63,118 bases of DNA, filler included, from Octopus bimaculoides (GCF_001194135.2; 6 parts of 6 records of this genome joined end to end with filler, not necessarily neighbours in it), one strand, 5' to 3'; shown: positions 11,689 to 22,842, counted from the first letter of the whole stretch. Numbers and translations: made by a program. The notes: generated by a model from the sequence alone, not told the origin.

Positions 11689-12233
11689 TATACGTTTAAC
11701 TTTTCTAAAATAATTCTGTCCCCGGTAAAGAAATACTTCATGATAAGATTTTGATGAAGCTTTAAATATTGCACAAGTATCAAATTTTGGTGCACAGTAG
11801 CTTCTGCCAAAAGAGCGCGAAGCTAATGAATGAAATTACGTAACTCGTGTTCCCCGTTGTAATTCATATATCAATTACTGGTATACTTTGTGCTTAGAAA
11901 AAACATTCGCCGGTGGGGCTTAACAATACTATGCATTACGACTATAAGCATTTTAGTTAGATTTCTTGCAATATAGATGCTATTCAGCACCGTCAGACAC
12001 AGTGATGGTTAAATTTTTTGTTCATGGTCTTATATTGAGCTTAGCTGTTTATATTAATTTATATATACAGATCTAGTTAGAAAATCTCTACAAGCGATGG
12101 AAGTATACTGAGAAGTAATGTTTATCGTCACATGAATATGGCTATTCCATAGGAATCGACATTACTACCGCTTTTAACCCCAAGAGGAGTCTCCTCCAGC
12201 TGGTTGTCGATGCGATCTGCTCCAGACATATAT

Positions 12234-12355
12234 TGCAAGCAGGGGAACGAACTTCTACTATCTTCTAGCAGACGTCGGGATCACCGGACCATACGGCTTC
12301 GGGCTGTTTGTGCCCATTGTAAGTCGTCTGGTTGGGGTTCGTTCCCCTGCTTGCA
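12234..12355. mobile_element. 122-bp MITE-like element with perfect 19-bp terminal inverted repeats
   Basis: TGCAAGCAGGGGAACGAAC (12234-12252) and GTTCGTTCCCCTGCTTGCA (12337-12355), in TA-rich flanks. Confidence 0.6.
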
Positions 12356-12443
12356 TTATATATCGGGTATTGATTGCACTTTCATCTCTTATAGAGATTT
12401 TCTAACTAGCTACTTTGCTTGTTACAAGATGTATATATATCTA

Positions 12444-12637
12444 GGCGCAGGTTCCGGGTTCAGTTCCACTGCATGGCACCTTGGGTAAGTGTCTTGTAAT
12501 ATAGCCTTGGGCCGACCAAAGCCCTGTTAGTGGATTTGGTAGATGGAAACCGAAAGAAGCTCGTCGTGCATATGTTTGTGTCTGCGTTTGTCCCCCATCC
12601 CACCTTCGCTTGACAACCGTGGTGGTGTGTTTACGTC
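12444..12637 (+). mobile_element. SINE family A, 3'-truncated
   Basis: ggcgcag-gttccgggttcagttccactgcatggcaccttgggtaagtgtc...gcttgacaaccgtggtggtgtgtttacgtc. Confidence 0.85.
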
Positions 12638-12810
12638 ATGTTGGAGCACCGCCTTTAGTCGAACTACTCAACTCCAGGACTTATTCTTCGTAAGCCTAGT
12701 ACTTAATCTATCGGTGCATTTTGCCGAACCGCTAAGTTACTGGGATGTAAACACACAAGGATCGGCTGTCAAGCGATGGTGGTGGTGGTGGGGAAACACA
12801 GACACAAACG

Positions 12811-12861
<51 letters not shown>

Positions 12862-13026
12862 GATGGGCTTCTTTCAGTTACCGCCTACCAAATCCACTTA
12901 CAAGTTTTTGGCCGGTCCGAGGCTATAGTAGAAGACACTTGTGCAAGGTGCCACGCAGAGGACTGAACTCGGAACCATGTGGCTGGGAAGGAAGTTTCTT
13001 TACCACACAGCCACGCCTGCGCCTAT
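12638..13026 (-). mobile_element. SINE family A, near full length, inverted relative to the preceding copy
   Basis: Reverse complement of head (accacacagccacgcctgcgcctat), central CA/TA tract and tail (ggagcaccgcctttagtcgaa). Confidence 0.88.
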
Positions 13027-13769
13027 ATGTATGTATGTATGTGTGTGTGTGTGCGCGTGCGTGTGTGTGTGTGTTCGTTTGTGTGTGTGTATATACATAC
13101 GCACACACACACACATATATGCATGTATGCATGTATATGTACAGTATTACAGTAATATATAGTATATATCAAAGCATACAGTATTACCCATTACGGCCTA
13201 TTTTACTAACCTACTTGTCGATTTTCCACCTGGTGGTAGGTAACAGAGCAGTTATCTAATGTGTGTGCTCTTGATGAATGGAAGTATATAAACATGGCAA
13301 CTACTCTCTATTATTGGAGGTGAAAAAGTGATGAAGTATCACATCGAGTCTGTGGATGCTGTCAAAGGAGACAATTAGCGAAGAAATTATCAAGTTATGC
13401 CGCTTACCCCCACAAACTGTGACCGGGTTGTGGTGCAGCAACAGTCCGGTGCATAAAAATATGTAGAGAAGTTTGAAAGATGTTCGTGTGTTTGTAAGAT
13501 TGATATGTGTGTAGTGTTGATATGTATGAAGGATTGATATGTGCGTGAAATTTCTGGAGGGTGAATCGGGTGGGGACCCGAACCTGTAACCTAATGTTTT
13601 AGTGCACTTGTGTATACATGTTCGTGTGTGTGTATGTGTGTGTGCCTGTGTATGCGTGTGTGTGAGTGTGTGTGTGTGATTCGGTCAAAACGTTGCTGAT
13701 TTCACAGGACGTGATGGTGGGAGTCCAATAATAATCATGTCGTAGCGCACAGGTAAACCAATCTGTACT

Positions 13770-15060
13770 TTTTCACTTTTTCTTATGCGGACACAGGCTG
13801 AAATTTTTTCTCCAGCTTAGGTAGATGTTCACGGAAAAAGAAGTTTTTAGCAAAACTCTTTTCTCCGCTAGGCATAGCTTCTACTTTTTGCTATTAAAAT
13901 AAGTTTTGCATGCATTTCTCTAAGATTTTCCACTCGATATTGTAATGTGTGGCGCTTTCCTTCAGCGATCATATATGCTTAGCCAGGGCTGAGATATTTT
14001 GGTCTCTCGTGGGTCTCAAAGGAGGACTTATGATTGTTATATCTATCCTGAAAGGACCGTCTGTCACGCTCTCATATTTCTGGATGTTTGAGTGTCCATT
14101 TCTGTCTTTTGACGTTAGCTCTTCCTCATTCATGGTCATCTCCGTATTGCAGAGGCGTTAAGGGGACATGTGGAGTTATCTCCGCATGGGCATCCAACCT
14201 CTGTCTAAGGAGTGGGCCAACTTACTAATATTTTCTTTATACTAGGTGCGCAGCTAAAAGAAACTCTTAAAGTGTATCTATTAAAACTTTTACGGAACAT
14301 ATTCATACGAGGAAAGTGTTTATCCACTGAGTTAATGAAGATTTTAACCACGCAGTTTTTTAACGCTTAAGGAGAAAGAGGCATTTGAACCATAACTTGC
14401 GATGGCAGTTTCTCTTGTGGAGTTAGTGTAGGGCGAGTAACTAATCCTGTCCTTAAAACTGTTGGCAGTTAGAGTCTCGTTGTAGTATGGTGCAGCAGCA
14501 CCGAAAGTCTCTTTACTTAAAGATAGGTCAGAAATTCTTCTGCTGACCCTTTTAGCTAGGTCCCTGTAAGGCTGGATAGTAGGAAGTTGTTTTAATGTAT
14601 GTCAGCCTCTCATTCGGCTTCTTAAAGTACCTATAGGTGTCGGATTCCAAATCCAAGGTCACATCAAGGTAATCAGCTATCTTCAGGTTGGTTTCTTTTG
14701 TAAGCTTGCAGCCAAGATAATTCACCGTCAAAGTAAGGTTCTTCCGTTACCTATCGAGTGCGTGTCCCTTGATATTGCCAATCCACTTCTCTGTAGATGT
14801 CTCCATTGCTTTGGAAATATCGAAAAGGATTAGAGTCGATTTGTGGGTTATGGTTATTTTTCCAGTACGTTTATTGCTTACACATCTTATTAGTGTATGT
14901 GGTGTCGGTGACAATCGTTCGAGGATTTCAACTTTATCTCCTGTAGAGTGATCTGTTAATTGTTCTTCTTTAAAGATAACCTTTACAACATCTAGAAATA
15001 TTATTTGTCTTTCTTATCTCCCAGAGTACTAACACCAGGACCAAATGTAGAGTCCCAGAT
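13770..15060 (-). mobile_element. Decayed PLE spanning RT palm, thumb and GIY-YIG endonuclease
   Basis: Frameshifted minus translation: YR(DD)GLAISRDT..LDR.RKNL..KLTKETNLKIADYLDVTLDLESDTYRYFKKPNERLTYI..RRISDLSLSKETFGAAAPYYNETL..KLWF..VDKHFPRMNMFRKSFNRYTLRVSFSCAPS..FQDRYNNHKSSF..LCLAEK..LCPHK. Confidence 0.88.
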
Positions 15061-15259
15061 TAAATTCTTTTTCAGTTGCGTATCTTTACGTCCTGCATTC
15101 AAATCTAGTTTGACTCGACTTCATTTTACCCCCTACTGATATCGATAAAATCAGTACTGGAACCAATTTTATTGTGTATAACCCTGATTTTGGGCAAATG
15201 TAGGAAATCGTTGTGGACATTAAAAAAATTACTATCATCATTAATTTTAATATCATTAT

Positions 15260-15470
15260 TAAGGCGAGGAAATGTTAGAGTCGTTAGCATGCCGGGTAAA
15301 ATGTTTAAAGGCATTTCGTCAGTCTTTATGCTCTGAGTTCAAATTACGCCGAGGTCGGCTTTGCTCTTCATCCTTCCGGGGGTCGATAAAATAAGTGCTT
15401 GTTGAACATAGGGGCAGATGTCATCGACTTAAAACTTACTGGCATTGTGCCAATATTTGAAATTATAATT
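15260..15470 (+). mobile_element. SINE family B
   Basis: aaggcg..gtcgttagcatgccggg..ctctgagttcaaattacgccgaggtcggctttgctcttcatcc..gtcgataaaataagt; matches copies at 43957, 44189 and 48908. Confidence 0.8.
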
Positions 15471-16146
15471 ATTATAAAGGCATCATTATTATTATGTACA
15501 TATATAAAACAAATTGCTTATATAAGGCTTCACTCAGAACTGCTTAAATAAACAACTAATGTGTTATTACTATTCACCCTTTTATGTTCAAGAAATGCAA
15601 ACCTACAAAGTGGTATGAACCTTTTTAAAATATACGTTATAAAAGTATAATACAGTTAAAAGTTGAAAATTCTTTAACAAAGAAAGCAATTCAAAACCTT
15701 ACATAGTAAAAATACACATGGCGTGATTCTAAGCACCAAACTCGTTCTTTCACTGTAAGTCTATAAACCTCATATTTATAGTACCGGTTATCAAAGGCTC
15801 GGAAATTTTCGTTTTCCTTTTTAATTCAATTTGGAGTTGATACAAGTGGGAAATGACAATATAGTGTCGGATGGACGTTTCAAGAAAAGTAATGGCCGTT
15901 TCTGAACATTCAGCGTTAGATTATGATTTCTTCTGTAATTTTACAAGTGAAATGATTCTCAAGTCGACAGTATAAAGAGTAGAAGTTAATTATTTTCGTG
16001 CATTTCACTGATTTTAGACAACATATCTGGTTGCTATCTTTAATACTTTTTTCAGCGTTTAGATATTGACTTGGAAGTCGAATATGTTCAATTTTCATTA
16101 ACATAAAATAAAAATGAATACACAGATCATTTTATAATCAATTTCA

Positions 16147-16152
16147 TTTATT
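16147..16152 (-). terminator. Candidate polyadenylation signal AATAAA for the VWA gene
   Basis: tttatt on the + strand about 780 nt past the stop codon, with T-rich sequence downstream on the minus strand. ATTAAA alternatives exist nearer the stop. Confidence 0.35.
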
Positions 16153-16607
16153 AAAACGTATAAAAATACATTATTTCAAAGACATGCTCATTGCTCGTAT
16201 AAAACTTCCGTTCCATAAAGGAAATTACGTAAAAAAACCCAATATATTGATATAAATAAAATGTTGCCAGCAACTGATTGTGCTTATTAGGAGATCGTCG
16301 ATGAAAACTTTTCTTTACAAAATTATATATATATTATATACATTAAATGCTTTGACATATGAAATGTAAAATAAATATGAAGTATGTTTTTGATGGGCAT
16401 ATAATAAAGAACCAACGTGTAGTAAATGCCTCCAACGCAAACAGTAAATATTTTATAATTGAAGTTGAACACATTTCGAAATATTGAAGCGAAATATCTG
16501 TGCAAAGAAAAGTTAAATAACATGGTAATTAATCATCGATGTATGCACGGATGTATTTGAGTTTATAGTTATGTATGTATGTATGTATGTATGTATGTAT
16601 GTATGTA

Positions 16608-16655
<48 letters not shown>

Positions 16656-16929
16656 TGTGTATTAAATCATATAAAAATAATTTGATACCAAACAATGCAG
16701 CGTGTTAGTTTTTAATTTAGTGTCCAGATCTGCATTTTGAAAATCAGCAATGACTGATTATCACTCCAGAAACAGCGTTATTCTGTAGAATTTGCTACAG
16801 ACTGAACCAGCAGTCATTTGTAGCTACTGTACATTTTAATTAAACATGTGTATGTGACTGCACACAATAATGTACGTGTATATGACTGTATAATGTAAAC
16901 AGTGTTTATATTATACTACTGCATCTATG

Positions 16930-17492
16930 TTAATATGTGTTCCGGTAACCTTTACACATAGCTCTGAGCTTGAAAGGTGTGTTGTGAGCGGTATATAACA
17001 ATTGATTGTAAGTTGGGAAATTATAAATGTATCTGTTGTAAGGTTGGCTGCTGATTGAATGCAGTAATTGAGGTTGTGGCCAAATATTACGACCTACATT
17101 CACTAAGAATATCTTACTGCCTTGATTCTTAAGTTTTTCACTTTCTGCTAATACTTCTTGTGTAATCGAGGTTACTGAAGGATCGACAAACAAAACAGCC
17201 GTGTTCTTTTTCGAAGTAGTCGTACTGTCTTTTGTTTCATTGCCTTTTCTCATTTCACGTAGGACATTCGCTAAGCCGGGAACTGCTACATTAACACTGT
17301 TTCTTGTTTCTGAATAAGATTTCCCAGTCAGTGAAGTCGTAGGTACATTGAAGTTAACCGGACAGTGGGCAAACGACACAACTCTGAAATTTCCATATCC
17401 AGTGTACGGCAACATAGTATTGATAAATTGTGTAATCATGTTGGCTCTGTAGGCTCCCATAGAGATAAGGTCATACCCATAGGTTACAGATG
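16930..17492 (-). CDS. VWA-domain protein, terminal coding exon: degenerate second VWA domain
   Basis: Acceptor ttctgtttcag|CA at 17492 (phase 1); open to TAA at 16930. Translation SVTYGYDLISMG...FRVVSF...TAVLFVDP...EVLAESEKLKNQGSKIFLVNVG...LLHSISSQP..YIYNFPTYNQL...AMCKG shows the VWA strand/helix pattern. Confidence 0.85.
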
Positions 17493-18159
17493 CTGAAACA
17501 GAATATAAAGCATATTTATCATTGTGGGGATGTAAAAACTGAAAATAATTTGTAATTGATATTCAAATAATATTGTAATCCAACAATTTATACACATCAG
17601 TAGAGTCTTTGTACTTAAATGCTGTGTTTCATTTTCATTGACAAATAAAGTTTCACCGAATTTGTAAAATCTCTATTCATATATCAAATATCACCATTTG
17701 AATCCTGCATAATCTAGTACATCAACAAACTCACTTTTGGTGATTTCTTGGCACTGACGTCAATATAAAGTATTATCGGTTAAAAATTTAAATCTCTATG
17801 AGAGCCTACAGAACAACATCAGGATTAGTGCTAAAACTTTAACTTGATCTCTCTTTAAAATTTTTACATTTTTAAAGCTTCCCGCACAAGGAATTTCCAA
17901 TTCATTCTCAGGAGGAATTATAGGTTGGAATACAATAAGGTTATGATGTAATATCCCATTTGTTCTAAACAGTATACTTTGGTATGCTCTTTAGACAGAA
18001 AGAAATGCTTTAAATATACCAAGGCTACTTGCTCCAAAGAGTATTCGCTACTATTCAGTTCTGTAGATTTTAACATTTGGAGTTTATACTATAATATATT
18101 TAAAAAATAATATTCATAAAATACTGGAATAATAAAAATAAGTGAAGTAATATGCTTAC

Positions 18160-18486
18160 AAGATTCATCTCTTTGTGGTCTATCAGAAAACAGACGTCTT
18201 GGTTTCCCTGTTGCTGGAAAAACAAAGGTTTTTATTGATATTGATTTGGCTGGCGATGCAGTTACAACCGAAGTCATTTCTGGTGTTGCCGCTGTTGTTG
18301 CCGTTGTTGTTGTTGTTGCTGTTGTTGTTGGTGTTGCTGTTGTTGTTGTTGCTGCTGTTGTTGTTACTCTAGTAGTAGTGAAAGGCTGTTTTGTTGTAGT
18401 GGTTGTCTTCATTTCTGTAGTAGTTGTAAACTGCTGTTTCGTTGTCTGGGCTGATGTATCTTGAACAACAGGAGGTTTTGTTATAG
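18160..18486 (-). CDS. VWA-domain protein, internal exon: Thr-rich mucin-like linker (109 codons)
   Basis: Acceptor tttttcccacacag|CT at 18486 and donor TCTT|gtaagc at 18160; 327 nt, phase 1-1, in frame with both neighbours. AITKPPVVQDTSAQTTKQQFTTTT...TPEMTSVVTASPAK...DES. Confidence 0.85.
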
Positions 18487-18569
18487 CTGTGTGGGAAAAA
18501 GAAGAAAAAAAAATTAACACATGACATTACGTATACACTTCAAGAATATACCGTTTGTACATTTCCTCT

Positions 18570-18770
18570 AAAAGCAGTATTTCACACCATGATAATGTAT
18601 TGGAACGCCAGAAATACCATCCAAATCTCTCTCACCTCATACCCTAAAGTCTTGAAATTGAAGGGTACATTGCATGATCTACTCCGACATATAGAACTAC
18701 TGTCAAGAATCAAAATAGAATGGCTGTTTTGAACGCCTTTGATCAACAATCGATTCAGCCTTTGATCAAC
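18570..18770 (-). mobile_element. Family D dispersed repeat (unclassified) in an intron of the VWA gene
   Basis: gccagaaataccatccaaatctctctcac..cctttgatca is the reverse complement of the tgatcaaagg...gatttggctgctatttctag motif seen at 35070-35835, 49560-49750 and 53030-53290. Confidence 0.5.
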
Positions 18771-19357
18771 AATCTATTCATGCTGGAATTTTGAAGTTTT
18801 ACAGTAACATCAGGCCGTTTTTGTTTTATTATTATTTTTTTATATGCCAATAAAAATTAAAAACATTTTAGTTGAAAGTACGATATATTTACATTAATGA
18901 TTCTAAAATCTCAAAGCACACGAGGACTACATTTCTTTATATTTAGTGTTTACGGTCTACACTACAAGACCAGCGTAGATAGACATCTATAAAATAAATT
19001 CTCCAGATGACACCCAACATTAGAAAGGTAAAGAAAGACAGAGACAGAAATTGTTCGACCATGTAAAAATAACCGGGCAACATGACTACATCTTGCAGGT
19101 ATTCGTCCAAAGTAGAAAGCAGAGTATCAAACTGAAGAGGGTGATTCATCTGGTAGTGGCTACGCCACTACCAGAAACTTGTACCAGAAACTTATAATGA
19201 AACTTGTACGTCACATACAAAAGTTGAGTTGCTATATAAGGTATCACTTGCAGAATTTCCTTTCATTGCGAACATGTACAACATCATGCTAGGTAAATTA
19301 TTGATAACAACACTAATAATATATGGAATCTACAGCCTTTAAGCTAAATGAATTTAC

Positions 19358-19921
19358 CTTCACATGTTTTCACTCCGAAAGATTTCGCTATATTCTGTAA
19401 TGCTGAATAACTGGTCACTTCAAACACATTGTTGACAGGATCACTTGCAATAGCTTTCAATTCCTCCAAATCGTAATTACTTCCAACACCAATAGCGTAA
19501 ACGTGGATTCCAAGTTTATGAAGTAACTTGGCCTCTTCTTTTGTGGCTTTTGTATCACGTGATTTTCCATCAGTGATAACAATTGCAATGAAAGGAGATG
19601 AAAATGACTGTAGCTTCGGTTTCAGTTCTGATCTCAAAACTTCCAATGCTTCCGCTGTGTTAGTTTGACCAGTTCTGTAAGGAATGTTAGCTATGGCTTT
19701 TCTCACTTGTTGGTTGTCTGCATATCGATCAAGTGAAAACTCGAGATGAGCTCTATCACTGAAAGTAATAGCGCCAACGTTAACTTGAGAATTATCAGTA
19801 CCGATGTCAAAGTTATCCACCAGCTTTTGAGCAAATTCCAGTTGTTTTTTATAATCGACAATCCATATACTACTAGAAGAATCTAGTACAAACATGATGT
19901 TCGCTGCTTTACCAACACATC
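19358..19921 (-). CDS. VWA-domain protein, exon encoding a canonical VWA domain with intact MIDAS (188 codons)
   Basis: Acceptor ctattttgcag|GA at 19921 and donor GAAG|gtaaat at 19358; 564 nt, phase 1-1. CVGKAANIMFVLDSSSSIW (DxSxS)...GAITFSD...GQTNTAEAL...IVITDGKS...VYAIGVG..EELKAIASDP..KTCE; collagen VI/matrilin-like VWA. Confidence 0.93.
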
Positions 19922-20768
19922 CTGCAAAATAGAATATTCATTAATTTTCATTTTGACCTGTTTTTAAAAAAATGATATTTTAAAGAATGAATTGGTAATT
20001 TTTACTTTCGTAAGACTTGGCTATCAAAAGTCCTTTTAGCATATTAATAATTCAGAAGTTACACAGTGAAGGTTTAATACATAAAGATTACAGATGTTAA
20101 ACGTTAGCCGAACGTCAATTTTTAAATCTACAACAGAAAGTAATTCAAATATCTTAATAGCGATCAAATGTATTNNNNNNNNNNNNNNNNNNNNNNNNNN
20201 NNNNNNNNNNNNNNNNNNNNNNNNNNNNNNNNNNNNNNNNNNNNNNNNNNNNNNNNNNNNNNNNNNNNNNNNNNNNNNNNNNNNNNNNNNNNNNNNNNNN
20301 NNNNNNNNNNNNNNNNNNNNNNNNNNNNNNNNNNNNNNNNNNNNNNNNNNNNNNNNNNNNNNNNNNNNNNNNNNNNNNNNNNNNNNNNNNNNNNNNNNNN
20401 NNNNNNNNNNNNNNNNNNNNNNNNNNNNNNNNNNNNNNNNNNNNNNNNNNNNNNNNNNNNNNNNNNNNNNNNNNNNNNNNNNNNNNNNNNNNNNNNNNNN
20501 NNNNNNNNNNNNNNNNNNNNNNNNNNNNNNNNNNNNNNNNNNNNNNNNNNNNNNNNNNNNNNNNNNNNNNNNNNNNNNNNNNNNNNNNNNNNNNNNNNNN
20601 NNNNNNNNNNNNNNNNNNNNNNNNNNNNNNNNNNNNNNNNNNNNNNNNNNNNNNNNNNNNNNNNNNNNNNNNNNNNNNNNNNNNNNNNNNNNNNNNNNNN
20701 NNNNNNNNNNNNNNNNNNNNNNNNNNNNNNNNNNNNNNNNNNNNNNNNNNNNNNNNNNNNNNNNNNNN

Positions 20769-20805
<37 letters not shown>

Positions 20806-21084
20806 TTGAACTCATATGTGTATATATTATTGCATGTATATATTACATATATATTATGTGTGTATGTACGTATGTATGTATGTATATATATGTATGTATA
20901 CACATATATAGTTGTACACATATATGTATATATTATTGCATGTATATTATATATATATAAACCTCTTTCTGTATTTGTGTGTGTGTGTGTGTCTGTGTGT
21001 ACGGAGAGAGAGAGATAAAAATAAAAGATAGGAGAGAAAGAGACTGAGAGGAAGAAAGAGTGAGAGAGAGAGAGAGAAAGTAAG

Positions 21085-21121
<37 letters not shown>

Positions 21122-21153
21122 GAGAGAGAGAATTTACATTGTAAATCACTTAC

Positions 21154-21201
21154 TGTAAGTAAACTGAGGACTGTAAAATAGTAAATCTGTTTATGGTACA
21201 T
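21154..21201 (-). CDS. VWA-domain protein, probable first coding exon (N-terminal part of a signal peptide)
   Basis: AACAAAATG context, MYHKQIYYFTVLSLLT, then strong donor ACA|gtaagt. It ends in phase 0, so it cannot join the phase-1 VWA exon directly. Confidence 0.6.
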
Positions 21202-21284
21202 TTTGTTGGTTTTTGAAGAAGTTTCGAAGAATTGCAATAAGTATTTATGCCGGGCAGTGTTGTCTCTTTGAAACTTGGTTGTTT

Positions 21285-21324
21285 TGTGATATTAATAATT
21301 TGGCTAACAGGACTATATATATAA
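21285..21324 (-). promoter_or_regulatory. Candidate TATA box plus initiator for the VWA gene
   Basis: Minus strand TATATATATAG at 21323-21313 and a TCAC initiator-like motif near 21287 (about 30-35 nt spacing), about 85 nt upstream of the ATG. Confidence 0.5.
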
Positions 21325-22279
21325 ACAAATATGAGTCCTCACCCGCATGCGCACCTAAGGAGAGATGAGGTGGGAAGCAAAAAGAAACCTCTCCCTAAAA
21401 ACACATTAGGATGCGTGGGTAAATATGAATGAATGACTGACCCTATGTACGATTGCCAAAAATGGTAATGCTTACACATTTTATTGCTCTGGTTTATTTG
21501 CTTCTTATAGATAGCATGAACCAGAGGGTGGAAATGTAGGCGCCTGCTGCTTTGCCAGAGAATCTAGTACAGCACATATTTGCCAAGATACGCAAGCGTT
21601 GAGTTAATTCATAGTATTTTTCTCACACAACGCCCACAGAGCTATGACGTTCAGTTAACTATCATGTTACGTCACTCACCAACAAAACATAGATATTAAT
21701 AGTGGTTCCCAACAGCGTAGGTACTATCAAAATGTCACGGGGAGTGTCGGGGGTATACATATTTCGAAGGGGCTTCCTTCTTTAATGACAGTATCTAAAA
21801 ATAGATAAAACCTAAAATCATATTGTTTGCTGTTCCGGTATTAAACACATGTGAATATTCTTCCGGTGAATTTCTTTTTGTGGGTTCAAATACAACTGAT
21901 ATCGACAGTGCATTTCGTATGAATTCAGTAAAATAACAGTAAAACAATGAGACAGACAGGGAGTAACTATGTTGTAATTTGGCTCGCTAGAAATACCAGC
22001 CAAATAGCCTTCAAATCACACTCTATAATCTATTAGAAAGAAACCGTTACGTCATTTCGTCTTAGATACATTAATTATTAATTCTGAATAAATAGGTTAA
22101 ACTACATAAGCAATAACAGTAACGGACACCAGTACGTATTAAGTGGTCATGGTCAAACAGCGACGTGCATTATCGAAATCACAACATATCTATTTGACAT
22201 TCCTAAATACTGGGGACGGTAAAATTGATGTAATTNNNNNNNNNNNNNNNNNNNNNNNNNNNNNNNNNNNNNNNNNNNN

Positions 22280-22291
22280 TTAATTAATTAA
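22280..22291. other. Artificial assembly spacer TTAATTAATTAA inside a 100-nt N block
   Basis: The same 12-mer centred in an N block (44 N each side here) recurs at 25263, 34207, 53383 and 57648; it carries stop codons in all six frames. Confidence 0.95.
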
Positions 22292-22335
22292 NNNNNNNNN
22301 NNNNNNNNNNNNNNNNNNNNNNNNNNNNNNNNNNN

Positions 22336-22372
<37 letters not shown>

Positions 22373-22399
22373 AATTTAGAGAAAAAGTGTATATACATA

Positions 22400-22703
22400 T
22401 AAAGAATAAAAGTTTAGAATGGTACAACAATGCACTATAAAACAAAAAAATGAACTGTATACCTGCTGCAATTTGGTTTTCTATAGTCCAATGGTATTTC
22501 GGAATTATAATTCCTTCTTCGGAACTTCTTAGCTGGAGTTTCTGCTATGTTTCTAGCAGACACTCCAGCTAAGAAAATCCGAAGAAGGAATAGTAATTCC
22601 GAAATATCATCGGACTATAGATAACCAAGTTACAACAGGTATATAGTCCATTTTTTGTTTGTTTTATAGTGCATTGTAGTAACATTCTAAACTTGTATTC
22701 TTT
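22400..22703. mobile_element. Fold-back/MITE-like palindrome with ~150-bp arms
   Basis: aaagaataaaagtttagaatgg..caatgcactataaaac...cggaatta..ttccttcttcgga..tcttagctggagt.tctgcta, loop tgtttc, then a near-exact reverse complement ending gtattcttt. Confidence 0.8.
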
Positions 22704-22842
22704 ACAAACAGTACACAATGCTTCAAGAGAACTACAATACTCTCCTATGCATATACATATGTTTATATATGTGTGTGTATAGGTATGTTTGTGTTTGCGT
22801 ATGCGCGTTCGTATATGTAAGCATGCATATATCTTTATTCTT

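Noticed and set aside
18943-19149. 68-aa intronic ORF as an extra exon of the VWA gene
   Set aside because: No convincing splice sites or domain similarity; the flanking exons already join in frame.
22236-22335. Recurrent TTAATTAATTAA motif (5 copies) as a biological repeat
   Set aside because: It always sits centred in a short N block; it is an artificial contig spacer.
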